Positions 24,575 to 33,759 of a stretch of DNA of 51,996 nucleotides are shown in pieces. Position 1 is the stretch's first letter; every line of letters begins with the position of its first letter. Origin of the DNA: an uncultured Acidimicrobiaceae bacterium (GTDB lineage: Bacteria; Actinomycetota; Acidimicrobiia; Acidimicrobiales; RAAP-2); the NCBI GenBank assembly GCA_964453355.1, contig CAYVPF010000003.1, forward strand, positions 1-51,996, written 5' to 3'. Under the pieces are notes generated by a model. The model had not been told where the DNA came from, searched no databases, and worked only from the letters and a program-made list of their open reading frames with translations. Made by a program: the position numbers and the translations under genes.

Positions 24575-27464
24575 CACCGCTGCTGACCTCCCCGCCGAGG
24601 TAGGCGACCGCCAGCTGGTTCTCGGTCAGGTCCGACCGCGGGCCGAACCAGTCCAAGCGGCCGAGGTTCATGAACCCGACCAGGTCGGCCAGCTCGACCA
24701 CTTCGGCGGCCTTCTCCTCCACCAGCACGATGGCCACCCCCAGGTCCCGCAGATCGGCCAGCGCCCGCACCATCTCCAGGCGGGCCAGGGGGGCCAGCCC
24801 CAGCGTGGGCTCGTCGGCGATGAACACCTTGGGGGGCCGGACCATGGCCGGGGCGAGGCTCAGCATCTGCTGCTCCCCGCCGGAAAGGGAGCCGGCCAGA
24901 GATCGCCGGCGGGTGTGCAGGGCCGGGAACCGGGCGTAGGCCCGGTCCCGCTCCTCGGACGACCGCAGCAGGATGCCGAGGTTCTCTTCCGTCGTCAGGG
25001 CCGGGAAGATCCCCCGGGCCTCGGGGGCGAGCAGCATGCCGGCCCGAACCCGACGGTACGTGGGCTCCTGGGTCAGGTCCACGTCCCCGAGGCACACCGT
25101 TCCCTGGGTGGGGCTCACCAACCCGGCCGCCACCCCGCAGAGCGTCGACTTGCCCGCCCCATTGGCGCCGACCAGCGCCACGATGGTGCCCGGCTCCACC
25201 CGCAGGCTGATCCCGTGCAGTACCTCCACGTCGCCGTAGCCAGCCACGATGTCGTGGAGCACCAGGGCGGCCCCGTCCCCACCGTCCCCGCCGACCGGCA
25301 CCACCGGGATGGCCGGCGTCACCGCGGCCGGCGTCACCGGGGCCGACGTCGGGCCGGGGGCCACCGCCGGGGCGGCGACAGCCGAGGCCGGAGCCAATAC
25401 CGCAGCCCGAGCCGTCCGCCGGTGCCGGCGGGCCGCCTGTTGTTCCCCGAACAGCGCCAGGATGCCGTCGGGGTTCATGGCCAGGTTGATGGCGCCCATC
25501 CCGAAGAGGATCGACGGGAAGTAGGTGGACGTGGTGAGGATGCCAAAGTCGTGCGGCACCCAGCTCCAGCCCGAGATGGTGTCGAACAGCTGGGTCGTCC
25601 CGACCACGCTCAACCCGGCGATCAGCGCCCCGCCGGGACGCCGGACGCCGAACGTGACCGCCGCCGCCAACCACAAGAGGCCCGTCAACGTCGTCGCCGT
25701 GGTGTTGGTGAACGTGTTGTAGGTGATGCCCATGAGGGCGCCCCCCAAGCCGGCGATGGCCGCCGAGAGGGCGAAGATCGAGATCTGCGACCGGCTGGCC
25801 ACGATGCCCGACGCCCCGGCGGCGGCTGGCGAGCTGCGGACGGCGAACATGGCCCGACCGGACGCCGACTTCTGGAAGTTGCGGATCAGCAGCGTGACGA
25901 GGCCGAAGATGATCAGCATCACGACCACTTCTTCGCGCGGGTCGCTGAAGCTGAAGATCGTCTGGCCGAAGAGGCTGAAGCTGGGCACCCCGTAGGCGTA
26001 ACCCGTCTGCCCGTTGCTGATGGTGGAGATCTGGAAGATCACCTGCTCGGCCACGAGGGCCAGGGCGAAGGTGCCGAGGGCCAGCGCCAGGGCCCCGAGG
26101 CGGCGGACGGGGACGGCGATCAATCCCCCGACGACCGCGGCCACGGCCGCGGCGATCAGGGCGCCCCATACGAAGTTGAGGTGGCCGTGATCGACGATCA
26201 ACGGGATGTTGACCCCGAAGTTGTGGGTCGTCGCCCAGCCGGCGGCAAAGGCACCGGCGGTCACGAACGTCGCCTGAGCCAGGCTCACCATCCCGCCGAT
26301 GCCGGTGACCACCACGAAGGACAGCAGCACGACCGACACCGCCAGGCCGGGGGCCAGGATGGCGCTGTCGGTGAAGGTGCTCGTGGCCATGGCAAAGGCC
26401 ACGAACGCCGCCAGGGCGATCGCCCAGGGCAGCACCCGGCGCCACGGCGGCAGTCCGTCGCGGTGATCGGCTCTCGGCCGTTCCTCGGCCGCCGAGCCGG
26501 CTTGGCGCCGCCGGTCGCGCCCGATGAAGAACAACAGGATGACGGTGAGGACGAACGGGATGGCCGAGCTGAACCCGGGGAGCTGCGTGATCGACGACGG
26601 GATGAAGTGTGTGCCGTACCCGGCGATCAGGTCCTGGAAGACGCCGACGGCGAGGCCGGCCACGAGGGCGATGGGTATCGACCGGAACCCGGCCAGGGCG
26701 AAGGCCGGGAGCGAGGCCAGCACCACCAAGGTCAGGGTGTTCGGGTCGAGCTGGAACAGCGGGGCGATGAGAACGCCGGCGAGCCCGGCCATGAGCATCG
26801 TCAACACCCACGACAGCGCCGAGGAACGCCCGGGATTGAAGCCGCGGAGCCCGCTCAGCTCCCGCTTGTCGACGGCGGCCCGCATCTCGAGGCCGACCCG
26901 ACTGTGGCGAAGGACGAGCCACAGGGCGATGGCGACCACGGCGGCGGCGGCCAGCACCGCCACCTGGTTGGAGTTGACGTTCACCTTGGGCAAGCCGATG
27001 AACCCGAAGTGCCAGACGTTGGGAGGGTTGGGCCCGATGCCGGGCACGGTGGCGCCGTACGACACCTGCCCTGTCGTCGTGGGCAGGTTCATGTTGAAGA
27101 TGCCGTTGCAGATCGTCGACACCGTCCACAGGGCGATAGCCGGCACCGCCACGAGGAGGCCGATAGTGCCGACGATGCGGGCGAACATCGGGGCGTCGGA
27201 CAGCCGCCGCAGCAGCACCCGGTCCAGGGCCAGGCCGAGCAGCGGGGCGAAGACGACGATCGAGATGATGGCCGACACGGCGACCGAAAGGTGCTGGCCG
27301 GTGTTGAGCTCGTAGAAGAAGAAGGCGGTGATGAAGGCCACCGCGCCCTGGGCGAAGTTGAAGATCCCCGACGTCTGGTAGGTCAGGACCAGCGCCGAGG
27401 CCATCATCGAGTAGATCGCCCCCGAGACGGCCCCGGAGATGACCAGGTTCCAAAAAGTGCTCAT
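24567..27464 (-). CDS. fused Liv-type ABC transporter: permease (LivH-like) + permease (LivM-like) + ATPase (LivF-like), 965 aa
   Basis: A single uninterrupted ORF. N-terminus MSTFWNLVISGAVSGAIYSMMASALVLTYQTSGIFNFAQG; middle ...VVTGIGGMVSLAQATFVTAGAF; Ala/Pro linker; C-terminus GANGAGKST...LSGGEQQMLSLA...IADEPTLGLAP. Confidence 0.85.
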   Translation of the reverse strand: MSTFWNLVISGAVSGAIYSMMASALVLTYQTSGIFNFAQGAVAFITAFFFYELNTGQHLSVAVSAIISIVVFAPLLGLALDRVLLRRLSDAPMFARIVGTIGLLVAVPAIALWTVSTICNGIFNMNLPTTTGQVSYGATVPGIGPNPPNVWHFGFIGLPKVNVNSNQVAVLAAAAVVAIALWLVLRHSRVGLEMRAAVDKRELSGLRGFNPGRSSALSWVLTMLMAGLAGVLIAPLFQLDPNTLTLVVLASLPAFALAGFRSIPIALVAGLAVGVFQDLIAGYGTHFIPSSITQLPGFSSAIPFVLTVILLFFIGRDRRRQAGSAAEERPRADHRDGLPPWRRVLPWAIALAAFVAFAMATSTFTDSAILAPGLAVSVVLLSFVVVTGIGGMVSLAQATFVTAGAFAAGWATTHNFGVNIPLIVDHGHLNFVWGALIAAAVAAVVGGLIAVPVRRLGALALALGTFALALVAEQVIFQISTISNGQTGYAYGVPSFSLFGQTIFSFSDPREEVVVMLIIFGLVTLLIRNFQKSASGRAMFAVRSSPAAAGASGIVASRSQISIFALSAAIAGLGGALMGITYNTFTNTTATTLTGLLWLAAAVTFGVRRPGGALIAGLSVVGTTQLFDTISGWSWVPHDFGILTTSTYFPSILFGMGAINLAMNPDGILALFGEQQAARRHRRTARAAVLAPASAVAAPAVAPGPTSAPVTPAAVTPAIPVVPVGGDGGDGAALVLHDIVAGYGDVEVLHGISLRVEPGTIVALVGANGAGKSTLCGVAAGLVSPTQGTVCLGDVDLTQEPTYRRVRAGMLLAPEARGIFPALTTEENLGILLRSSEERDRAYARFPALHTRRRSLAGSLSGGEQQMLSLAPAMVRPPKVFIADEPTLGLAPLARLEMVRALADLRDLGVAIVLVEEKAAEVVELADLVGFMNLGRLDWFGPRSDLTENQLAVAYLGGEVSSGAR

Positions 27465-27520
27465 CAGAATGCCTGACTCCGGCCTCGGGCCGCCTGATCG
27501 CTTCTTCGACCTATCGGTGC

Positions 27521-27560
27521 CTGCGTCGAACCGGCCCGCAGGCGGGCCGGTTCGACGCAG
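27521..27560 (-). other. perfect 19-bp inverted repeat (stem-loop) between the binding-protein gene and the permease fusion gene
   Basis: CTGCGTCGAACCGGCCCGC-AG-GCGGGCCGGTTCGACGCAG read directly. No U-tract follows on the minus strand. Confidence 0.9.
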
Positions 27561-27624
27561 GGAGTACCGCCGCCTCCGCCCCCGGCCCTACCGGCCCGGT
27601 TGGCGAAGGGTGCTGCTCGTGACA

Positions 27625-28845
27625 TCACCCGCCGCTGTAGTGGACGGCATTCGTGCAGAGGTAGGCGTAGGCCACCTTCCACTGCGTGCCGGTGCTCGTG
27701 ACCATGCTCCCGCACGACGTGGGCACTGTGTGGCCCTTCGGGAACGACGTCGGGCCCACCGTGTTCTTGATCGAGTAGGTCATCGAGTTGGCCGCCTTCT
27801 GGAACGTTGTCGGCGTCAGGTTCTTGCCGGTCTTCTTCAGGGCGGCAATGAACTGGTCGGCGGCGAAGTACCCCGCCTCCACTCCCTGGGTCAACGGCGC
27901 CTTGGGTGTCACGGCCTTGATCCGCTTCACCATCAGGGCCACCGCCGGGTTTGTCGACGCCGCCTGGAAGGGGGCGAACTGCAGGTACACGTACACGCCC
28001 TTGGCTGTCTTCACCGTGGCCGGGGAGTACTGGATGTAGTTGACCATCGCTCCCTTGTACCCGGCGGCCTGCAGGGCCGGCTGCAGCCCGACGTTGGTGG
28101 CCGAGATCACCTCCATCACCACGCTCGGCGGCTGGCCGTTGTTGGAGGTCATGATCTGCTGCACGTAGGGCGTGTAGCTGCTCACGACCGCCGGCGCGGC
28201 CGGCAGGGGGTTCTCGGCGTAGACGATCTTGTAGCCGAGGGACTTCATGGCGTACTCCAGCGGCGCCGTGGACTCCTTCGACGCCAGGCTGTCCTCACCG
28301 ATGATCGCCATCGTGAGGTTCTTGGGCGACTTCCCCAGGACCTTGGCGATCTCGGCACCGTGCACGGTGATCTCCCAGTCCGGGCTGGTCACCGCACCGG
28401 CGAAGCTGAAGCCCCACTTGTTGCCGATGAACCCCGGCGAGATGCCCCAGCCGAAGAACGGCACCTTCTGCTGGGCGAAGTACGGCGCCGCCGCCAGCGT
28501 GATGGAGACCACCGGCACGACGGCGAAGACCTTGTCCTGCTCGACCAGCGCCTTCCCCGCCTGGGCGTCGACGGTTGTACTGCTTGTGTCGTTCTTGAAC
28601 CCGAGGTAGTTGATCTTGCGCCCGTAGACACCGCCGGCCGCGTTCTGGGCCTTGAAGCGGGCCTCGGCCCCGATGGTGGCTGTCCCGTAGTAGGCGCCGA
28701 ATCCGAGCCCCCCTACGGTGACGGACGTCTTCGTCACCCCCCGGACTGTGGCGGCGGCCGAAGCCGTCACCGCCAGGCAGGACGAGGCCACCAAAGCGAA
28801 TGCGGCCGCCGCCATCGCATTCGTCCCCCAACGTCGTTTCTTCAT
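27625..28845 (-). CDS. ABC transporter substrate-binding protein (LivK / Peripla_BP_6-like)
   Basis: MKKRRWGTNAMAAAAFALVASSCLAVTASAA (signal peptide)...VTVGGLGFG...VFAVVPV. ATG at 28845 follows GGGAGGG. Track ORF 27625..29607 trimmed. Confidence 0.85.
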   Translation of the reverse strand: MKKRRWGTNAMAAAAFALVASSCLAVTASAAATVRGVTKTSVTVGGLGFGAYYGTATIGAEARFKAQNAAGGVYGRKINYLGFKNDTSSTTVDAQAGKALVEQDKVFAVVPVVSITLAAAPYFAQQKVPFFGWGISPGFIGNKWGFSFAGAVTSPDWEITVHGAEIAKVLGKSPKNLTMAIIGEDSLASKESTAPLEYAMKSLGYKIVYAENPLPAAPAVVSSYTPYVQQIMTSNNGQPPSVVMEVISATNVGLQPALQAAGYKGAMVNYIQYSPATVKTAKGVYVYLQFAPFQAASTNPAVALMVKRIKAVTPKAPLTQGVEAGYFAADQFIAALKKTGKNLTPTTFQKAANSMTYSIKNTVGPTSFPKGHTVPTSCGSMVTSTGTQWKVAYAYLCTNAVHYSGG

Positions 28846-29735
28846 GAACCCTCCCTGTGATTGGTGTTCCAGTTGTGCTGCGCTGTCGCCGGTTGGTGTG
28901 GCGCCGGCTCGTGTGTCACCGCCTGGTGCAGGCCGGCGACCTCCCCCAGGTAGGCCGTCTGCACCGCCTTGTCCGCCCGGATCTCCGCCGGAGACCCGCT
29001 GCGGAGCACCCGCCCCTGGTCGAGGACGACGATCCGGGCGCACTGGGCCATGACGAACCGCATGTCGTGCTCGACCAGGAGGACGGCACACCGGCTGTCG
29101 GCCAGGAGGGCGGCCACGCAGGTGGCCAACCTGGCCACCTCGACCTCCTCCAAGCCCGAGGTCGGCTCGTCCAGCAGCAGGATGCGGGGCTCGTCGACGA
29201 TGGCCCGGCCGAACTCGACCATCCGGGCCAACCCGATAGGCAGCGAACCGGCCGGGGCCCGGCGCAGCTCGGTGAGCCCGCACAGCGCCATCACCTCCTC
29301 GACCCGATCCCGACGCAGTCGTTCGAGGCGACGACGGGAAGGCAGGGCGAACAGGTCGGCCACCAGGCCGCCGCCGCCCCCGTGCCACTCGGTCGCCGCC
29401 AGCAGGTTGTCCTCGACGCTCAGCCAACCGAAGGTCTGCACCCGTTGAAAGGTCCGCCGCACGCCCTGGCGGGAGCGGGCGGCGGCCGAGGCCCGGCTGA
29501 CGTCGGTCCCCTCGATGTGGACCGTGCCCGACTGCGGCAGTCGCAGGCCGGAGATGACGTCGAACAGCGTCGTCTTGCCGGCCCCGTTCGGCCCGATCAG
29601 CCCGCACACCTCGCCCTGGTGGACGTCGAGGCTCACCCCGTCGAGCCCCACGATGCCGCCGAAGCGCACCACCACGTCGCGGAGCTCGAGCACCCGGGAC
29701 GGGGCGAGCGCGCCGGCCGGGCTCTCGGCGTCCAT
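28842..29735 (-). CDS. ABC transporter ATP-binding protein (LivG-like)
   Basis: LELRDVVVRFGGIVGLDGVSLDV..GLIGPNGAGKTTLF...LLLDEPTSGL. ATG at 29735; stop overlaps the binding-protein start (ATGA). Confidence 0.88.
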   Translation of the reverse strand: MDAESPAGALAPSRVLELRDVVVRFGGIVGLDGVSLDVHQGEVCGLIGPNGAGKTTLFDVISGLRLPQSGTVHIEGTDVSRASAAARSRQGVRRTFQRVQTFGWLSVEDNLLAATEWHGGGGGLVADLFALPSRRRLERLRRDRVEEVMALCGLTELRRAPAGSLPIGLARMVEFGRAIVDEPRILLLDEPTSGLEEVEVARLATCVAALLADSRCAVLLVEHDMRFVMAQCARIVVLDQGRVLRSGSPAEIRADKAVQTAYLGEVAGLHQAVTHEPAPHQPATAQHNWNTNHREGS

Positions 29736-29746
29736 GACCACGGTCG

Positions 29747-31441
29747 TCACGTCTCTTCGGCCCGGCGACCCGGTACCCGGCCGGCGGCGCGCGGTACCCG
29801 GCCGGCGGCGCTCTGGCCGGCCAGCCAGCCGAACGTCAGGGCCGGACCGATGGTCCCCCCGCCGCCCAGGTAGCCCTGCCCGGTGGGTGCGGCGACACAG
29901 TTGCCGGCTCCGAAGAGGCCGGGGATCGGCGTGCCGTCCGGTCGGAGGACCGAACCGGTGGCGTCGACGACCGGCCCCCCGCACGTGTCGAGCGTGCCGG
30001 GGGCCAGCAGCACCGCGTGGTACGGGCCGGCCGGCGCCAGCGGGTACATGGTCGGGTTGGCGCCACGACGGATCGGTCCCGCCCAGGCCCGGGACACCGG
30101 CGTGCTGCCCCGGCCGAACTCCCGGTCCACCCCCTCGGCGGCGTCCCGGTTGAAGCGTTCTACCGTGGCCTCGAGGGTGGCGGCGAAGTCGTCGGCCAGG
30201 CACACGCCGGGACCCACCCGGCCGCTGATGCCCCGCTGGCCCGCCAACTCGTCCAGCCGGCGGCCGACCGCCGCCGCCAGGCCCGGCAGGTCGTCGGCGG
30301 TGATCAGCCACGGGGGCTCCAGTCCGGGGAGCGGGACGCCGCCGCGCCAGGGCCAGGGCGTCGGATCGGCGGCCACCGCCTCGTCCCAGATCATGACCTG
30401 CACCAGGTTGGGCCATCCCAGCCCGTCCGTGGCGAAGTGGCCCTGGGTCCGCTCGTTGTACATCGCCTTCTCGTCCCCGACCCGCACCCCCCGGGTGTTG
30501 ACGATGAGCATGCTGTCGCCATAGGGGACGAAGACGAGGCCCGACATGTCGGCCTGCCCGGCCGACGCCACCGCCGCGTCCAGAACCACCTGGCACCACC
30601 AGGCGTTGGTCATGTTGCCGAGGGCGGCCCCGAGGGAGCCGGCGATGTCGAGGAAGTCCCCGGTGCTGGCCGGCGCAGATCCACTGGCGAAGATCGGCCC
30701 CCGGAGATAGGCCTGCGCCTTGGCCGGATCGTGGGCGAAGCCGCCGGTGGCGAAGACGACCCCGCCTCGGGCACCGAGACGCCGGACGCCGTCACCGCTC
30801 TCGGTCACCACGCCGGCCACCTCGTCGCCCCGGCGGACGACGTCGACCACGCGGTGGCCGGTCAGCACCTCGACGCCGGCCTTCTCCACGGCCGCCAGCA
30901 GCTCGGCCGCCAAGACCGCGCCGGGCAGCTGGCTGGTGAAGTCGAAATCCTCCGGCAGGGCAGGCATCAGCAGATGCCCGAACGGCGCCCGGTTCTCCGG
31001 CACCCCGGCGTGGTAGTCGGGGTCGGTGACCTCGTTGTCGCTGAACCCCAGGGTCTGCCACACGACCGGGTGCAGGGCGTCGAGCGCGGCCAACCCGTCG
31101 ACCACCCCGGCGGCGTTGTCGTAGAAGGCCGCCAACAGGGCCATCTCGGCGGCTTCCAGGCCGAGGTGGTCGTCCCCGGCGTCGTAGAGGGCCGGCTGGG
31201 CCATCCGGGCCATGAACTGCAGGGCCTCGGTCCGGGGGTCTTCGAAGCCGAGGGCGCGCATCTGCGAGCTGTTGGGGATCCAATACCCGCCGGCCGACAT
31301 CCCGGTGGTGCCCCCGGTGGCGGCCGCCTTCTCCACTACCGCCACCGAGGCGCCGGCGCCCGCCGCGGCCAGCGCGGCCGCGCAACCGGCGGCACCCGAC
31401 CCGACGACGAGGACGTCGTACTCAGCATCTGCCTGTGCCAC
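29747..31441 (-). CDS. FAD-dependent oxidoreductase, 3-ketosteroid-delta1-dehydrogenase (KstD)/fumarate-reductase-flavoprotein-like
   Basis: YDVLVVGSGAAGCAAALAAAGAGASVAVVEKAAATGGTTGMSAGGYWIPNS...GLFGAGNC. Confidence 0.8.
   Translation of the reverse strand: MAQADAEYDVLVVGSGAAGCAAALAAAGAGASVAVVEKAAATGGTTGMSAGGYWIPNSSQMRALGFEDPRTEALQFMARMAQPALYDAGDDHLGLEAAEMALLAAFYDNAAGVVDGLAALDALHPVVWQTLGFSDNEVTDPDYHAGVPENRAPFGHLLMPALPEDFDFTSQLPGAVLAAELLAAVEKAGVEVLTGHRVVDVVRRGDEVAGVVTESGDGVRRLGARGGVVFATGGFAHDPAKAQAYLRGPIFASGSAPASTGDFLDIAGSLGAALGNMTNAWWCQVVLDAAVASAGQADMSGLVFVPYGDSMLIVNTRGVRVGDEKAMYNERTQGHFATDGLGWPNLVQVMIWDEAVAADPTPWPWRGGVPLPGLEPPWLITADDLPGLAAAVGRRLDELAGQRGISGRVGPGVCLADDFAATLEATVERFNRDAAEGVDREFGRGSTPVSRAWAGPIRRGANPTMYPLAPAGPYHAVLLAPGTLDTCGGPVVDATGSVLRPDGTPIPGLFGAGNCVAAPTGQGYLGGGGTIGPALTFGWLAGQSAAGRVPRAAGRVPGRRAEET
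29771..29811 (-). repeat. 21-bp-period tandem duplication at the 3' end of the KstD-like gene (RAAGRVP x2)
   Basis: CGGTACCCGGCCGGCGGCGC at 29771-29790 and again at 29792-29811. Confidence 0.9.
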
Positions 31442-31495
31442 GGTTTCCCTCCCTCCTCGTAGCCGGAAATGGGCTCTTGGCCCGGTGCCGCCGCT

Positions 31496-32671
31496 CTAGA
31501 AAAAGCCCGGCGGCAGGGGCAGCCCGAGCAGACTCGTCCCCCACGTGCCGAAGATGGCGTCGGTGTTGTAACCCATGTGGGCGGCCACGCCATGGACGTC
31601 GCGCCACCCGGACTGCACCGGGTTCTGCAGGGCCAGCCCCGCCGCTCCGCTGAACCGCATGCACCGGTCGACGGCGTCCACACAGAGGCGGACGGCCGAC
31701 GTGGCGTCGCGGGCACTGGCCAACGACTCCTCCCGGGTCAGCGAGGCCCCCTGGGCCATCCGATCGTCGATCCAGGCCGTCCGGTAGCGCATGACCGCCC
31801 GGGCCGCCTCGACGCTGGCCGAGGCCGTCCCCACGTGAATGGCCAACGGCTCGCTGAGGACCGGCTGCCCGGTGAAGGTGGAGACCTTCTTGACCGTGTT
31901 GGCTCCGAAGTCGGCCACCACCTGGGTGGCGCTGCCCAGGGCCGTCGAACCCAGGTACCAGCCGAGGGCCGAGGCGAACCCCAGGCCGAACACCGACCCG
32001 GTGTTGGTGGCCCGGCCCGGGCCCATGCCGGCCAGGACGAGGGCGGGGTCCACGGTCCGGTGCTCGGGGATGTAGGCGTCCTGCAGTACCAGGGTGTGGC
32101 TGCCGGTGCCCCGGAGGGCGACCGTGTCCCACTCCTCGGCGATCGAGTACTCCGACCGGGGAAGGATGCCCCAGCGCAGGAGGGGCGCTGCCTCCGGCCC
32201 GGCGGGCGGGACGACCAGGCCGACCATGGCCCAACTGCAGTGGGCCGAGCCGCTGGAGTACGGCCACCGACCGCTGACCCGGTAACCGTCGGCCTCGGGG
32301 ACCACCGTGCTCTCCCGGGCGGCGAACGACGACGACATCATCGCCGTCGGGTCGTTGCCCCACATCTCCTTCTGCAGCTCGTCCCCGAAAACCGAAGCCA
32401 ACCAGAAGTGGCTGGCCAGCAGGCCGAAGACCCAGCCCGACGAGCCGTCGCCCTCGGCCACCTTGCTCACCAGCTCCACCACGGCGGCACAGCCCAGCTC
32501 GTGGCCGCCCCAGCGCGACGCCTGGTTCATGCGGAGCAGGTCGGATTCGACGAAGTCGTCGATCGTCTCCGCCGGCAGCTGCCGCTGTTCCTCGTGCGGG
32601 GAGCGTCGAGCCCGGGCCCGGTCGGCCAGCCACTGGGCGCGCTGGCGGGCCTCGTCCAGCGTCAGGCTCAC
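31496..32671 (-). CDS. acyl-CoA-dehydrogenase-fold flavin-dependent monooxygenase (HsaA / group D hydroxylase-like)
   Basis: VSLTLDEARQRAQWLADRA...RWGGHELG...GWVFGLLASHFW...GYRVSGRWPYSSGSAHCSW...WDTVALRGTGSH. GTG at 32671 overlaps the upstream stop (GTGA). Confidence 0.75.
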   Translation of the reverse strand: MSLTLDEARQRAQWLADRARARRSPHEEQRQLPAETIDDFVESDLLRMNQASRWGGHELGCAAVVELVSKVAEGDGSSGWVFGLLASHFWLASVFGDELQKEMWGNDPTAMMSSSFAARESTVVPEADGYRVSGRWPYSSGSAHCSWAMVGLVVPPAGPEAAPLLRWGILPRSEYSIAEEWDTVALRGTGSHTLVLQDAYIPEHRTVDPALVLAGMGPGRATNTGSVFGLGFASALGWYLGSTALGSATQVVADFGANTVKKVSTFTGQPVLSEPLAIHVGTASASVEAARAVMRYRTAWIDDRMAQGASLTREESLASARDATSAVRLCVDAVDRCMRFSGAAGLALQNPVQSGWRDVHGVAAHMGYNTDAIFGTWGTSLLGLPLPPGFF

Positions 32672-33630
32672 GACGCCTCCTCGCGGTACCGGGCACACAG
32701 CTCGGCCCAGGCGGCGCCGTTGGTCTTGGCCGCCACCCGCCAGTCCTCCGGCATGTCGGTGTACGGCGGCCGCGGGGGCCCGCAGCGCATGTAGCCGGCG
32801 GCCTCGATCCGAACCTTCTCCAGCTGCGTGTTGTAACTGGCGAACTGTGAGAAGTCCGGGATCGGCAGGGGGACGGCCTCGATGTCGGCGAGCACCGCCT
32901 CGCAGCCGGCGCGGTCGGCGGCCGCCAGGCGGTCGAAGAACCGGACCCACGGCTGGGGGCCCATGGCCGCCGACGTGGCCCATCCGGCGGTCACCGATTC
33001 GGGGATCGTCCGCCAGGCCTGGCCGAGGGTGCCGCCCTCGCCGTTCATGAAGTTCACCTGGCCCCGGGCCGCCCGGAAGATCTCGTCCGTGAAGGGGAAG
33101 CCGACCTTGCAGGCGATGGTCGTAGGGGCGGAGGCGGCGATGCCCGCCCAGAACTCCGCCGGAAAGGCGTACTTGAAGAAGAAGGCGTTGCCGTAGACGA
33201 GCACCGGCAGGTCCGGCACGGCCCGGGCCAGGTCGGCGTAGAAGCCCACGGCGTTCGTCAAGGTGGGCGTCTGCCACAGGGGCAGGCCGACGAAGGCCCC
33301 GTCCACCCCGAGCGCCCGGACCGCCCGCATCTGCTCGACCGTGTCACGGGTGCCGAGCGTCGTCGTCCCCACGAACAGCGGCACCCGCCCGGCCACGGTG
33401 TCGCGGACGGCGGCGAACAACTCCAGCTTCTCGGACCACGTCAGGGCGGCGCACTCGCCGGTCGTCCCGCAGAGCCCGATGGAGGCCGACCCGTCGTCGA
33501 TCAGCTTCGCCACCGCCCGGGTGGCCTCGTCCAGGTCGACCGTCGACGGGCCTCCGAAGGGGTCGGCGTCGACCCGCACCGGCGTCGGCGGCAGGGCCAT
33601 CAGGCCGGTGATGTCCGCCGCCGTCAGCAC
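32668..33630 (-). CDS. DapA/DHDPS-family class I aldolase-like protein
   Basis: ...GLMALPPTPV...GLCGTTGECAALTWSEK...PLFVGTT...VLVYGN...IACKVGF. GGAG lies 6 nt before GTG at 33630. Confidence 0.75.
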   Translation of the reverse strand: MLTAADITGLMALPPTPVRVDADPFGGPSTVDLDEATRAVAKLIDDGSASIGLCGTTGECAALTWSEKLELFAAVRDTVAGRVPLFVGTTTLGTRDTVEQMRAVRALGVDGAFVGLPLWQTPTLTNAVGFYADLARAVPDLPVLVYGNAFFFKYAFPAEFWAGIAASAPTTIACKVGFPFTDEIFRAARGQVNFMNGEGGTLGQAWRTIPESVTAGWATSAAMGPQPWVRFFDRLAAADRAGCEAVLADIEAVPLPIPDFSQFASYNTQLEKVRIEAAGYMRCGPPRPPYTDMPEDWRVAAKTNGAAWAELCARYREEAS

Positions 33631-33669
33631 CGTCCGCTCCAGGGATGTCGAGGGTCCGCCATCGTTGCC

Positions 33670-33723
33670 ATCTTCACGCCGAGCCCCCTCCTTGTCAAGT
33701 ATTTTATCTAATCATCTGTTGAA
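33670..33723 (-). promoter_or_regulatory. promoter (TTGACA-17-GAAGAT) with upstream ATCT-N4-ATCT motif (site A)
   Basis: On the minus strand: CAACAGATGATTAGATaaaatac-TTGACA(rc 33693-33698)-17 nt-GAAGAT(rc 33670-33675). Core ATCTAATCATCT at 33706-33717. Confidence 0.5.
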
Positions 33724-33759
33724 CGGCTCCTTGCGGCGGAGCCGGTGATCGGCGACCGC

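Noticed and set aside
24357-27476. 1039-aa plus-strand ORF
   Set aside because: It is antisense to the Liv permease/ATPase fusion, which has clear family motifs. Its translation is dominated by R, G, D, H and P runs with no recognisable domain.
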